Made by a program: the position numbers and the translations under genes. 64,000 nucleotides of DNA from Arenicellales bacterium (GTDB taxonomy: Bacteria > Pseudomonadota > Gammaproteobacteria > Arenicellales > UBA868): assembly GCA_030754035.1 (NCBI GenBank), contig JASMBC010000001.1:117650-181649 (forward strand), written 5' to 3'. This document shows, one piece after another, positions 32,213-42,063 of this stretch. The notes below the pieces were generated by a model. It was not told the DNA's origin. It saw nothing but the letters and a program-made list of their open reading frames with translations, and did not search any database. Numbering within the stretch: position 1 is the first letter of the stretch; each line of letters opens with the position of its first letter.

Positions 32213-34123
32213 ATGCCAACCATAACCCTGCCCGACGGAAGCGTACGCCGGTTTGACCATGCCGTAACCGTGGCAGAGGTCGCCGCAGATATCGGGCCAG
32301 GACTTGCCAAGGCGGCCTTGGGCGGCGAGGTCGACGGCCAACTGGTTGACACTGCCTGTTACCTGGAACAGGACGCGCGTTTGCGCATTCTGACGGATAA
32401 GGATGCCGAAGGTCTCGAACTCATCCGCCATTCCTGTGCCCATCTGATGGCCCAGGCGGTCAAAGAGTTATACCCCCAAGCTCAGGTCACTATCGGTCCG
32501 GCGATCGAGGACGGCTTCTATTATGATTTTGCCTACGACCCAGGATTTACTGAGGCCGACCTTGCATTGATTCAGGCGAGGATGGAAGAGCTCGCGAGGG
32601 CCGACTTACCGGTAGTAAGACAAACGATGGCACGCGACGATGCGATCGAGATGTTCAAGGCTAAAGGGGAAGAGTACAAGGCTGAGATCATCGGAGAGGT
32701 CCCAGTTGGCGAGAGCATCTCTCTTTATAGCCAAGGAGAATTCACTGACCTGTGCCGGGGCCCGCATGTCCCAAGCACTGGTCGGGTCAAGGCGTTTCAG
32801 TTGACCAAACTTGCTGGTGCTTATTGGCGGGGCGACCCCTCTCAGCAAATGTTGCAACGAATTTATGGCACTGCCTGGGCGAAAAAAGAAGATCTACAGG
32901 ATTATTTACACCGCCTGACACAGGCTGAAAAGCGTGATCACCGTAAACTTGGCCGGGAGTTAGACCTGTTTCATTTCCAGGAAGAAGCGCCGGGAATGGT
33001 TTTCTGGCACCGGGATGGCTGGACGCTGTACACAATTGTAGAGCGTTATGTTCGCGACTTGTTGATCGAATACGGTTACCAGGAGGTGCAGACACCGCAA
33101 CTCTTGGATCGGAGTCTGTGGGAGCGGTCAGGTCACTGGGACAAGTTTCGTGACAACATGTTCACCACTCATGTTGATGAGCGTGACTATGCGATCAAGC
33201 CGATGAACTGTCCTGGCCATATACAGATTTTCAACCAGGGCCTGCGCAGTTATCGTGAACTGCCGGTTCGGATAGCCGAGTTCGGCGTGGTCCATCGCAA
33301 CGAGCCCTCAGGCACTCTGCACGGGCTACTCCGCGCCCGTAGCTTCACCCAGGACGATGCCCACTTATTCTGTACCGAGGAGCAATTAGTACAGGAGGTG
33401 TCGACTCTGATCGAGCTGACCTACCGGATGTACCGAGACTTTGGTTTCGACGACATAGAGGTGGCGCTTTCCACCCGCCCGGAACAGCGGGTTGGGGAAG
33501 ATTCTCTGTGGGACCGGTCGGAACAGGTGCTGGCAGACACGTTGGACGACAAAGGTATCGCTTACACCGTTCAGGCAGGAGAGGGCGCCTTCTACGGACC
33601 GAAGTATGAGTTCGTCCTGCGAGACTCCATCGGTCGGCGCTGGCAATGTGGAACCATTCAGGTAGATTTTTCCATGCCCGGGCGACTCGGCGCTGAATAC
33701 GTTGCCGAAGATGGCTCCCGGCAGACACCAGTAATGATTCATCGCACCATCCTCGGCTCGTTGGAGCGGTTCATCGGGATTCTGATCGAAGACACTGAAG
33801 GCCGTTTGCCGGTCTGGTTAGCCCCGGTGCAGGCAGTGATTCTCAACATCACCGACCGGCAGCGCGAATATGCCCTACAGACGGAGAAATTGCTGAAAAA
33901 ACAGGGTCTCAGGGTCGAAACTGACTTGAGAAACGAGAAAATTGGCTATAAAATCCGCCAGTCTACTCTGCAGCGGATTCCGTTCATGCTGGTTGTAGGT
34001 GATCGGGAGGTAGCTGAAGGGACCGTTGCCGTGCGCACGCGGGAAGGGCAGGATCTCGGGTCGCTTGCTGTCGAAGGGCTACTTGCGTCCTTGCCTGGAG
34101 TGAACGCGAGGGCACGGCATTAA
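32213..34123 (+). CDS. thrS: threonine--tRNA ligase
   Basis: It has an N-terminal TGS domain ([14 protein letters not shown]), an editing-domain HxxxH (CAHLMAQAV) and a class II catalytic core. Length is 636 aa. Confidence 0.97.
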   Translation: MPTITLPDGSVRRFDHAVTVAEVAADIGPGLAKAALGGEVDGQLVDTACYLEQDARLRILTDKDAEGLELIRHSCAHLMAQAVKELYPQAQVTIGPAIEDGFYYDFAYDPGFTEADLALIQARMEELARADLPVVRQTMARDDAIEMFKAKGEEYKAEIIGEVPVGESISLYSQGEFTDLCRGPHVPSTGRVKAFQLTKLAGAYWRGDPSQQMLQRIYGTAWAKKEDLQDYLHRLTQAEKRDHRKLGRELDLFHFQEEAPGMVFWHRDGWTLYTIVERYVRDLLIEYGYQEVQTPQLLDRSLWERSGHWDKFRDNMFTTHVDERDYAIKPMNCPGHIQIFNQGLRSYRELPVRIAEFGVVHRNEPSGTLHGLLRARSFTQDDAHLFCTEEQLVQEVSTLIELTYRMYRDFGFDDIEVALSTRPEQRVGEDSLWDRSEQVLADTLDDKGIAYTVQAGEGAFYGPKYEFVLRDSIGRRWQCGTIQVDFSMPGRLGAEYVAEDGSRQTPVMIHRTILGSLERFIGILIEDTEGRLPVWLAPVQAVILNITDRQREYALQTEKLLKKQGLRVETDLRNEKIGYKIRQSTLQRIPFMLVVGDREVAEGTVAVRTREGQDLGSLAVEGLLASLPGVNARARH

Positions 34124-34143
34124 TATTTCCAGAGGGATTTGAC

Positions 34144-34659
34144 ATAGCTGTAGCGAAACAACAAAAGCTCAACGAGGACATCATAGTTGGGCAGGTACGA
34201 CTGATATCCGAAAGTGGAGAACAACTCGGGATCGTGCCAACCGAAGAGGCCAAACAGTTGGCGACGGAACGGGCGATGGATTTGGTGGAGATTGCGCCGA
34301 ACGCCGACCCTCCCGTTTGCCGCCTGATGGATTACGGTAAGTTTCTCTACGCAGCCGCCAAGAAAAAGCAGGAAGCGAAGAAGAAACAAAAGCAGATCAC
34401 AGTTAAAGAAGTTAAGTTTCGACCAGGCACGGCTATCGGTGACTATGACATCAAGCTCCGCAATCTGACCAAGTTCATCGAGGCAGGTAATAAGGCAAAA
34501 GTGACCTTGCGCTTCCGCGGCCGAGAGATGGCCCACCAGGAATTAGGAATGGAAATGTTGAACAGAGTCGAAGACGATTTGGCAGAAATCAGTGTAGTCG
34601 AGCAGATGCCAAAAATGGAGGGGCGCCAGATGGTGATGGTGCTCGCACCCAGGAAATAA
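34144..34659 (+). CDS. infC: translation initiation factor IF-3 (non-canonical ATA start)
   Basis: The conserved IF3 N-domain ([23 protein letters not shown]) lies upstream of the first canonical in-frame start, GTG 34234. The only in-frame candidates are ATA 34123, ATA 34144, ATC 34180 and ATA 34183. ATA 34144 follows AGAGGGA by 6 nt. Confidence 0.85.
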   Translation: MAVAKQQKLNEDIIVGQVRLISESGEQLGIVPTEEAKQLATERAMDLVEIAPNADPPVCRLMDYGKFLYAAAKKKQEAKKKQKQITVKEVKFRPGTAIGDYDIKLRNLTKFIEAGNKAKVTLRFRGREMAHQELGMEMLNRVEDDLAEISVVEQMPKMEGRQMVMVLAPRK

Positions 34660-34680
34660 TAGACTTTAGGCGAATAAGAC

Positions 34681-34878
34681 ATGCCCAAATTGAAAACTAA
34701 TAGGGGCGCAGCCAAGCGCTTTAAGCGAACTGCCACCGGCAAGTTTAAGCGCTCCCAGGCTTACCTCAACCACATTCTGACTAAGAAGTCGACCAAGCGT
34801 AAGCGACACTTACGTGAAGCATTGCTGATCGATGCTGCCAACCAGGCTGCGGTCAGGAAAATGTTGCCGTATGGTTAG
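34681..34878 (+). CDS. rpmI: 50S ribosomal protein L35
   Basis: Starts [17 protein letters not shown] and is 65 aa. Confidence 0.95.
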   Translation: MPKLKTNRGAAKRFKRTATGKFKRSQAYLNHILTKKSTKRKRHLREALLIDAANQAAVRKMLPYG

Positions 34879-34926
34879 ACCGACATCGACATCGACGTCA
34901 GCCCCCGACCAAAAGAGTAATACAAC

Positions 34927-35286
34927 ATGCCCAGAGTAAAACGCGGTGTTACAGCCAGAGCGCGGCACCGGAAGGTGTTGTCACGAGCCAAGGGCTATCG
35001 GGGTGCACGTAAAAACGTCTATCGGGTGGCTAACCAGGCGGTTATGAAGGCCGGCCAGTATGCCTATCGTGATCGCCGGCAGCGCAAACGACAGTTCCGT
35101 GCACTATGGATCGTGCGCATCAATGCCGCTGCCCGGCAACACGATCTCAGCTACAGCCGCTTCGTCAATGGCCTGAGCAAAGCTGCCGTCGAGGTTGACC
35201 GCAAAATACTGGCGGATATGGCAGTGAATGATCAGGTGGCATTTGCGGCGCTTGCTGAGAAAGCTAAAGCAGCTTTGGCCGCTTGA
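34927..35286 (+). CDS. rplT: 50S ribosomal protein L20
   Basis: Starts [18 protein letters not shown] and is 119 aa. Confidence 0.97.
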   Translation: MPRVKRGVTARARHRKVLSRAKGYRGARKNVYRVANQAVMKAGQYAYRDRRQRKRQFRALWIVRINAAARQHDLSYSRFVNGLSKAAVEVDRKILADMAVNDQVAFAALAEKAKAALAA

Positions 35287-35328
35287 GGCCAGGCACCTGG
35301 CTATGTAGGCCAGGGAACGAAAAGAAAT

Positions 35329-35359
35329 GGGAAAGGCCGCGCCGGCCTTTCCCTTTTTT
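35329..35359 (+). terminator. intrinsic terminator (possible attenuator) between rplT and pheS
   Basis: An 11-bp stem GGGAAAGGCCG/CGGCCTTTCCC with loop CGC is followed by TTTTTT. Confidence 0.7.
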
Positions 35360-35380
35360 GTGAGCGGGTTTGACACGTTA

Positions 35381-36412
35381 ATGAAAAATGAATTGGGAAA
35401 GCGACTATCGGCTATCGTGACTGAGGCTACGACGGCCATTGCTGAGGCGTCAGCAACCAGTGATTTGGAAAAGATCCGGGTGGACCTGCTAGGGCGCCAG
35501 GGGTCACTAACGGCGCTGCTCAAAAGCGTGGGCACGCTGCCAGAGGCTAAGCGCCGCAGTTTCGGCCTGGCTGTCAACGAGGCGAAAGACTCTGTCAATG
35601 GTCAACTCGAGCAGCGCCGGGTGGCATTGGCTACCAGCCAGCGGGCTGCTGCTGTCGAGCAGGAAGTGATCGATGTGACACTCCCTGGGCGCAGCACCGG
35701 CCAAGGAAGCGTGCACCCGATCACTCGTTCTCGGCGGCGCATCGAGGAGATCTTTACCCGGATAGGCTTCAATGTTGTGCACGGCCCTGAGATAGAGGAT
35801 GACTTTCACAATTTCGAGGCCCTAAACATCCCGCCTGACCATCCGGCAAGGGCCATGCATGACACCTTCTACCTGTCACCCGGGATTGTCCTGAGAACCC
35901 ACACTTCGCCAGTTCAAATTCGTTACATGGAGACGCAAGACCCACCGCTGCAGGTAATTGCCCCGGGGCGGGTATACCGTTGTGACTCGGACGTGACCCA
36001 TACCCCGATGTTTCACCAGGTCGAAGGCCTCGCCGTGGATACCGATATCTCCTTTGCCGATCTCAAAGGCGTGTTGACCTTTTTCATTCGAGAATTTTTT
36101 GAACAAGACTTGCCGGTGCGATTTCGGCCCTCGTATTTTCCATTCACCGAGCCTTCGGCCGAAGTGGACATAGGCTGCGTCTTCTGTAAAGGTGGCGGTT
36201 GCCGCGTTTGCCAACAAAGCGGATGGTTGGAGATACTCGGCTGCGGCATGGTTCACCCGGAAGTATTTCGGCACGTTGGCATCGATAATGACCAGTACAC
36301 TGGTTACGCCTTTGGCCTCGGTATAGAACGCTTGACCATGTTGCGGTACGGGGTTGATGACCTGCGTCTTTTCTTCGACAACGAAATCGCTTTTTTGCGA
36401 CAGTTCAGTTAG
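35381..36412 (+). CDS. pheS: phenylalanine--tRNA ligase alpha subunit
   Basis: It has class II motifs ([29 protein letters not shown]). I chose ATG 35381 because track ORF 35327 would begin inside the terminator stem. Confidence 0.95.
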   Translation: MKNELGKRLSAIVTEATTAIAEASATSDLEKIRVDLLGRQGSLTALLKSVGTLPEAKRRSFGLAVNEAKDSVNGQLEQRRVALATSQRAAAVEQEVIDVTLPGRSTGQGSVHPITRSRRRIEEIFTRIGFNVVHGPEIEDDFHNFEALNIPPDHPARAMHDTFYLSPGIVLRTHTSPVQIRYMETQDPPLQVIAPGRVYRCDSDVTHTPMFHQVEGLAVDTDISFADLKGVLTFFIREFFEQDLPVRFRPSYFPFTEPSAEVDIGCVFCKGGGCRVCQQSGWLEILGCGMVHPEVFRHVGIDNDQYTGYAFGLGIERLTMLRYGVDDLRLFFDNEIAFLRQFS

Positions 36413-36430
36413 GCCCACGAAGGCAATGCA

Positions 36431-38809
36431 ATGATTATTAGTGAAAACTGGTTACGAGAGTGGGTGGATTTCGATATTGATATCGAGTCTCTCGGCGACC
36501 GGCTAACGGGCGCAGGACTGGAAGTCGGAGGAGTAATACCAGTTCGGCCGGTTTCGCAGCGTATCGTGGTTGCAAAGATACTGTCGGCGCGACCGCACGC
36601 TGACGGCAACACGCCGTGGGTCTGTGAAATCGACGTAGGCCGGGCGCGAAAATTGCAGGTCGTCTGTGGAGCGAACAACGTATGGGCGGGCATGGCTGCA
36701 CCGGTTGCGTTGAGTGGCGCTGAATTGCCTGGCGGCCAAAGAGTTCGCGAGATTGAAATTCACGGGGAGGCGTCCCAGGGAATGTTGTGTTCGGCGGCGG
36801 AGTTAGGTCTGGAGGAGCGCTCAGACGGCATCATGGAACTGGATCCAGGGGCGGAAGCGGGTCGGATAATCAACACCCAGTTGGACCTCGACGATACATT
36901 GTTGGAACTGGAACTCACGCCTAACCGTGGGGATTGTTTGAGTATTCTTGGTATCGCTCGAGAGACCATGGCGGTGACTCGGGGCTCCCTACGCAAGCCT
37001 TCTATTAGGCGACTGCGGGCACAACACGATGAGCGATTGCCCATCACTCTCGAGGTGCCCGGCGAATGCCCGCGTTATACCGGCCAGATTGTTCGCAATG
37101 TAGCGATCAGCGCCCGTAGCCCGGACTGGTTGCAAGAGCGCTTGCGGCGAAGCGGGCTGCGCAACATCGACGCGTTGGTCGACATCACCAACTACGTCAT
37201 GCTGGAACTTGGTCAGCCGATGCATGCGTTTGACCGGAGCAAGATTACAGGCGGTATTACGGTGCGGCATGCTCACAAGGGCGAGCGGCTGAAACTGCTT
37301 GACGGTACCAGATTGCGACTTCGTTCCAAGACTCTACTTATCGCGGATGAGAGCGGGCCAGTGGCGCTCGCCGGCATCATGGGTGGCGCGAATACAGCAA
37401 TCAACAGCAATACGCAGGACGTACTGTTAGAAGCGGCATTTTTTAGCCCATCCCGCACGGCTTCGACAGCAAGAGGTTACAACATGCAGACCGATGCCTC
37501 CTTTCGGTTCGAGCGGGGTGTAGATCCGCAGTTGCAGGTAATGGCGGTGCAAAGAGCAAGTCAGTTAATCAGTCAGATTGGCGGAGGTGACTGCGGGCCG
37601 GTGTTTACCGCTGCGGACTCGCGCAACTTGCCGAAACGCCGGCCCATTCAACTGCGTAAGGGCCGTCTAGATCGAGTGCTGGGAGCACGTGTTGGGGGGC
37701 GACGTATCCGCAAGGTATTTGAATCACTCAACATGAAGACTGAAGTCATTGCTGATGGCTGGAAAATAACAGCACCGAGTTACCGTTTCGACATTCTCGG
37801 AGAGCATGACCTGGTGGAAGAAGTTGCCCGCATCGTAGGTTTCGAGTTCTTTCCGACTCAACTACCCCGAGTACTAGCCAGCGGGCGCGAACAACAGGAG
37901 AACCGGTTGACCCCGGACCGGGCCCGTGACCTATTGGTCGATCGAGGCTATCACGAAGCAATCACCTACAGTTTTGTTGACCCGGCACTGCATGCACGAA
38001 TTGCGCCCGAGCGGAATCAAATACTGCTTCAGAATCCGATCGCGGCGAACATGTCGCAGATGCGCTCAAGCCTCTGGCCAGGTCTACTCGCTGCGCTAAC
38101 TGGCAATGCTCGGCGGCAGGTAAGGCGAATCAGGTTGTTTGAGATAGGTAGAGTATTCTTGAGCCACGGCCGCGATCGGCGTGAAATAGATCGCATTGCT
38201 GGCGTCCTGACGGGTCCACGCAGGGCCCAGTCTTGGGACACCCCAAGCCGAGGCGCCGACTATTTCGACCTTAAGGGCGATGTCGAGGCCCTGCTGGCAC
38301 TCGGCGGCTACCAAGACGGGTTTGAATTCCAACCTCGGGAGCACAAGGCGTTGCACCCTGGACAGTGCGCCATGGTCACGCGTGGTGAGCGGGAGGTCGG
38401 CTGGCTGGGGCAGATTTCGCCAGAGCTGCGGGAGCATCTGGACCTCGATGGGACCATTTTTGTCTTCGAATTGGATTTGGATGCCGTGCTGGATGCGGTA
38501 TTACCCATTTTTCGGACCGTTTCCCGGTACCCGGCAGTTGCTCGGGATCTTTCCCTGGTCGTGAAAAATAGTGTGGCCGCCGATGCCTTGCGCGAATGTA
38601 TCCGCGCTGCGGCGGGAGAACTGCTAACGGCTTTGGAACTGCTGGACGTCTACCAGGGCAAGGGCATACCAAAAACTCACTCATCTCTCACATACCGCTT
38701 GACCTTACAGGCAGATTACCGCAATCTTACAGATACCGAGGTAGATGAATTGATTGTGAAGGTAGTTGGCGCTGTTACCCGAGAACTGAGCGGTGAACTC
38801 AGAACCTAA
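36431..38809 (+). CDS. pheT: phenylalanine--tRNA ligase beta subunit
   Basis: It is 792 aa with the N-terminal tRNA-binding domain (MIISENWLREWV). B3/4, B5 and the C-terminal anticodon-binding regions are colinear with PheT. Confidence 0.95.
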   Translation: MIISENWLREWVDFDIDIESLGDRLTGAGLEVGGVIPVRPVSQRIVVAKILSARPHADGNTPWVCEIDVGRARKLQVVCGANNVWAGMAAPVALSGAELPGGQRVREIEIHGEASQGMLCSAAELGLEERSDGIMELDPGAEAGRIINTQLDLDDTLLELELTPNRGDCLSILGIARETMAVTRGSLRKPSIRRLRAQHDERLPITLEVPGECPRYTGQIVRNVAISARSPDWLQERLRRSGLRNIDALVDITNYVMLELGQPMHAFDRSKITGGITVRHAHKGERLKLLDGTRLRLRSKTLLIADESGPVALAGIMGGANTAINSNTQDVLLEAAFFSPSRTASTARGYNMQTDASFRFERGVDPQLQVMAVQRASQLISQIGGGDCGPVFTAADSRNLPKRRPIQLRKGRLDRVLGARVGGRRIRKVFESLNMKTEVIADGWKITAPSYRFDILGEHDLVEEVARIVGFEFFPTQLPRVLASGREQQENRLTPDRARDLLVDRGYHEAITYSFVDPALHARIAPERNQILLQNPIAANMSQMRSSLWPGLLAALTGNARRQVRRIRLFEIGRVFLSHGRDRREIDRIAGVLTGPRRAQSWDTPSRGADYFDLKGDVEALLALGGYQDGFEFQPREHKALHPGQCAMVTRGEREVGWLGQISPELREHLDLDGTIFVFELDLDAVLDAVLPIFRTVSRYPAVARDLSLVVKNSVAADALRECIRAAAGELLTALELLDVYQGKGIPKTHSSLTYRLTLQADYRNLTDTEVDELIVKVVGAVTRELSGELRT

Positions 38810-38933
38810 GAATTTTTTACCATCCCTTTGCACAATGAAACGGCAAAAGAACTGGCCTAAACTCGAAGCGGTAGCCGTCCAAAGCGGCCACCTGCATCGA
38901 GGATAGACGTTATTTGGGGTGAGGCATGCAATA

Positions 38934-39260
38934 ATGACGGTTACCAAGGCGGATCTGGCAAATACATTGTACGAACAGCTTGGGCTTAATAGGCGCGAAG
39001 CGAAAGAATTGGTTGAACTCTTTTTTGAACAGATACGTGAAGCCTTAGAGAAGGGCGAGAGTGTCAAGTTATCAGGTTTTGGAGGATTTAGCGTACGCGA
39101 CAAACGTAGTCGTCCCGGGCGGAATCCGAAAACTGGTCAAGCGGTCGCTGTATCGGCACGCCGCGTCGTGACCTATCGCGCCAGCCAAAAAGTCAAAGAA
39201 GACATCGGCCAGAACACCGGGCAGATTGAAGCGATAATGAATCCAGGTCAATCATCGTGA
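38934..39260 (+). CDS. ihfA: integration host factor alpha subunit
   Basis: It reads [31 protein letters not shown] and [22 protein letters not shown] chose ATG 38934. Confidence 0.9.
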   Translation: MTVTKADLANTLYEQLGLNRREAKELVELFFEQIREALEKGESVKLSGFGGFSVRDKRSRPGRNPKTGQAVAVSARRVVTYRASQKVKEDIGQNTGQIEAIMNPGQSS

Positions 39261-39625
39261 CCATGCTTGATCCAGGAGCAGAAGAACTTCCGGCGATTCC
39301 GGCAAAACGATACTTTACGATTGGTGAGGTCAGCGAATTGTGTGCGGTCAAGCCACACGTACTGCGATACTGGGAACAAGAGTTTTCGCAACTGCAGCCA
39401 GTCAAGCGACGAGGGAACCGCCGCTACTACCAGCGGCACGAAGTGGAACTCATACGAACCATTAGGAAGCTTCTCTACATCGAAGGCTACACGATAAGCG
39501 GTGCTGGCAATCAACTGAAAGAGGGCCGCAGCGAAAACGGCACATCCAACAACGAGTCGACGGACGCCGAGCTCAAGCAGATGCTTAATGAGTTACAGGA
39601 AATTTCGGCATTGCTCGATCCCTAA
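39257..39625 (+). CDS. MerR-family transcriptional regulator (short, no obvious effector domain)
   Basis: It has the [28 protein letters not shown]. The ihfA-merR-tRNA-Pro arrangement is conserved. Start is GTG 39257 or ATG 39263. Confidence 0.8.
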   Translation: MTMLDPGAEELPAIPAKRYFTIGEVSELCAVKPHVLRYWEQEFSQLQPVKRRGNRRYYQRHEVELIRTIRKLLYIEGYTISGAGNQLKEGRSENGTSNNESTDAELKQMLNELQEISALLDP

Positions 39626-39648
39626 AGTTGGTAAAGGGGGATATCAAA

Positions 39649-39726
<78 letters not shown>

Positions 39727-39909
39727 CATCGAGCAGGAAAGCACCCAGAGCAGGGGTCGCGAAGGGTGGCTGTTGCTTGTGCCATCTACTGCTATGATGG
39801 TTCTTTATGAGCGCACTCCTGCTCCTTGGATTATCGTCCCGGTCCCTGATTGCTGCTCGCTTGTTTAACTGCCGCGCAGGACTCTAAGCGCTTGTCCTTA
39901 GGGATCGAT

Positions 39910-40437
39910 ATGATGAAAAACATTCTTTGTCTGGCGTGCTTGTTGTTTTCCGGTTCAACACTCGCTCAGTTGGCGTTAGATCAGCAACCTCCGATCGTGA
40001 GCCTCACTGACAAGGCCGGCGGGCGGGTCGATGGCGCATCATGGTCCAGCGCAGAGCTTAAGGGAAAAGTTCATATCCTTATGTACGTGGATCCGGATGA
40101 AGTTAAGTTGAATGCACACGTGGAGGATGCGCTGGCCGCAGAATCATTTCCCGGTGACCTGGTTACTTCGGTTGGGGTCATAAATATGGCGGCCTCTTGG
40201 AAACCGAATTTTGCCATTGACCTGATACTCAAGCGCAAGCAGAAGAAATTTCCCGACACAATATATGTGCGAGACATGCAGCGAGCATTCGTTAGCGGCT
40301 GGGATCTGAGGGACCATAGTTATCACATAGTCGTTCTTGACAGGGAAGGACGGCTCATCTTTGAGGCGGCTGGCGAGCTCTCTGCAACACAGATCGGGCA
40401 ATTGATCGCTGTGATCTGGGACAGGATCAAGGACTAG
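39910..40437 (+). CDS. YtfJ-family periplasmic protein (thioredoxin-like fold)
   Basis: It has the signal peptide MMKNILCLACLLFSGSTLA and overall colinearity with YtfJ/HI0045-type proteins (GKVHILMYVD, KKFPDT, IVVLDREGRLIF). The call is from memory. Confidence 0.65.
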   Translation: MMKNILCLACLLFSGSTLAQLALDQQPPIVSLTDKAGGRVDGASWSSAELKGKVHILMYVDPDEVKLNAHVEDALAAESFPGDLVTSVGVINMAASWKPNFAIDLILKRKQKKFPDTIYVRDMQRAFVSGWDLRDHSYHIVVLDREGRLIFEAAGELSATQIGQLIAVIWDRIKD

Positions 40438-41532
40438 ATGGGCAAAGGCGGTTCGTCTGCGACTGACCAATATCTGCTTACGCGGGTGCGCGAGAGTGGG
40501 CGGGAATCGGTCGATTTCGACAATCTAGGATTTGGTGATGTCTTTACCGATCATATGCTGGTCAGCGATTGGCACGACGGCGCTTGGAGCACCCCAAGGA
40601 TAATTCCGCATGGCCCGCTGTCGGTTAGCCCGGCTGCCCTTGGGCTGCATTATGGCCAGAGTGTGTTTGAAGGCCTGAAGGCATACTGGGGTATTACAGA
40701 CAATCAGATACGACTTTTCCGGCCGGATCGTAATGCCGCGCGGCTTGCCGCATCTTGTGAGCGGCTTTGCATACCGGCACCAGACCCAGAGACGTTCGTA
40801 GCGGCTATATCGGCATTGGTGTCAGTGGAACGCAACTGGGTTCCGCGCGTGCGAGGGCAAGCGCTGTATCTTCGGCCGCTACTGTTTGCCAGCGAAGGGC
40901 ATCTCGCTGTACGGCCAGCGCAGACCTATACTTTCGTTGTGATAGCGGCACCGGTGAGCGAATATTTCGGCCGTACCGGACGAGCGCTTAGCCTAAAGGC
41001 TGAAGAGCGTTTCACCCGCGCAGCTCCTGGAGGCACGGGCTCGGCTAAGACAGCCGGAAACTACGCAGCGACATTGCAACCTATGTTGAGCACATCTTGC
41101 GAGGGGTTTGACCAGATCCTTTGGCTGGACGGGCGTGAACACCGATTTGCGGAAGAGGCGGGGCAGATGAATGTTTTCTTCTATTTGGATGATACGGTAG
41201 TCACGCCCGACCTTGGCGGCACCATCCTGCCTGGTGTTACCAGGGAAAGCGTTCTGGCACTTCTACACGATTGGGGGATTCCGACCGAAGAACGACGGCT
41301 GTCTATGGATGAGATTCAACAGGCAGCTGGCAAGGGTCGACTGCGTGAGATTTTCGGCGCAGGCACTGCTGCGGTCGTGGTGCCGATTATGCGCATTCAC
41401 CACCTAGGCGCCGATATCTGCTGTCGCCCGCCAAAACACGGCTCTTTGTGTGCCCGGCTCTACGATGCTTTACTTGGTGTGCAGCACGGGGAGCTGCCAG
41501 ACCATTATCAATGGACCTATCGAGTGACCTGA
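40438..41532 (+). CDS. ilvE: branched-chain amino acid aminotransferase (long, about 360 aa type)
   Basis: It has class IV aminotransferase features (FTDHM, SVFEGLKAY, GTGSAKTAGNY, ILPGVTR). Length is 364 aa. Confidence 0.85.
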   Translation: MGKGGSSATDQYLLTRVRESGRESVDFDNLGFGDVFTDHMLVSDWHDGAWSTPRIIPHGPLSVSPAALGLHYGQSVFEGLKAYWGITDNQIRLFRPDRNAARLAASCERLCIPAPDPETFVAAISALVSVERNWVPRVRGQALYLRPLLFASEGHLAVRPAQTYTFVVIAAPVSEYFGRTGRALSLKAEERFTRAAPGGTGSAKTAGNYAATLQPMLSTSCEGFDQILWLDGREHRFAEEAGQMNVFFYLDDTVVTPDLGGTILPGVTRESVLALLHDWGIPTEERRLSMDEIQQAAGKGRLREIFGAGTAAVVVPIMRIHHLGADICCRPPKHGSLCARLYDALLGVQHGELPDHYQWTYRVT

Positions 41533-41909
41533 CCACGCCGGTAGGCAAGTGGTTCTCGGGCTGGCTGGCGGGAGCCTTGTTGGTTTGCCCGGGGGCGTTT
41601 GCGCAGGACACCGCGATTCAGCAGGGTTTTAGCCTTGCCCGGGAGCTTTGCTCACGCTGCCATGTCATCGGTGACTACAATCGTCTGGGCGGGATTGGCA
41701 ACACACCTTCTTTCCAGTGGATGGTGAGAAGTAGTGATTGGCGGGAAAGATTTAATAGCTTCTACAGCCGGCGGCCGCACCCGGTGTTTGTGCGGGTACC
41801 TGGGTATCCGCGCTGGTCTGATACAGACCCCTATTATCCACCTTTCGAGATTACCCCGGAAAAGATCAAGCTTATTATCCTTTATGCCAATACCCTCAAG
41901 AATTCGTAG
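41511..41909 (+). CDS. small periplasmic monoheme c-type cytochrome-like protein
   Basis: It has a signal peptide (WLAGALLVCPGAFA|QD), a single CxxCH (CSRCH, 41649-41663) and a candidate Met ligand in PSFQWM. The start overlaps the ilvE end by 22 nt. Confidence 0.6.
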   Translation: MDLSSDLTTPVGKWFSGWLAGALLVCPGAFAQDTAIQQGFSLARELCSRCHVIGDYNRLGGIGNTPSFQWMVRSSDWRERFNSFYSRRPHPVFVRVPGYPRWSDTDPYYPPFEITPEKIKLIILYANTLKNS

Positions 41910-42063
41910 CATTGTGCGGTTGCTGTCAATGGCTCCGCCACGGCCAGCCCCGACATAAATGGTGGAACCGTGGCCGTTGTAGAATCCGACTACTGATATC
42001 TTTTTACATGATGGTTATTCAAAACAAGCCTGCTATTGCCTTGCGAACCGTGACGGGTTGAGC

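Noticed and set aside
34881-34898. A short tandem hexamer CGACAT CGACAT CGACGT in the rpmI-rplT spacer
   Set aside because: It has only three imperfect units in 18 nt and forms no structure. It is too short to distinguish from chance.
35327-35380. A Phe-rich peptide ([18 protein letters not shown]) as a pheL-like leader
   Set aside because: It is in frame with pheS with no stop, and it begins at the foot of the terminator stem. Its Phe codons are simply the terminator T-run, so it does not have a classical leader-peptide geometry.
35104-36418. Minus-strand ORFs 35104-35598 and 35876-36418 antisense to rplT/pheS
   Set aside because: They lie opposite highly conserved translation genes. The first also crosses the rplT-pheS terminator.
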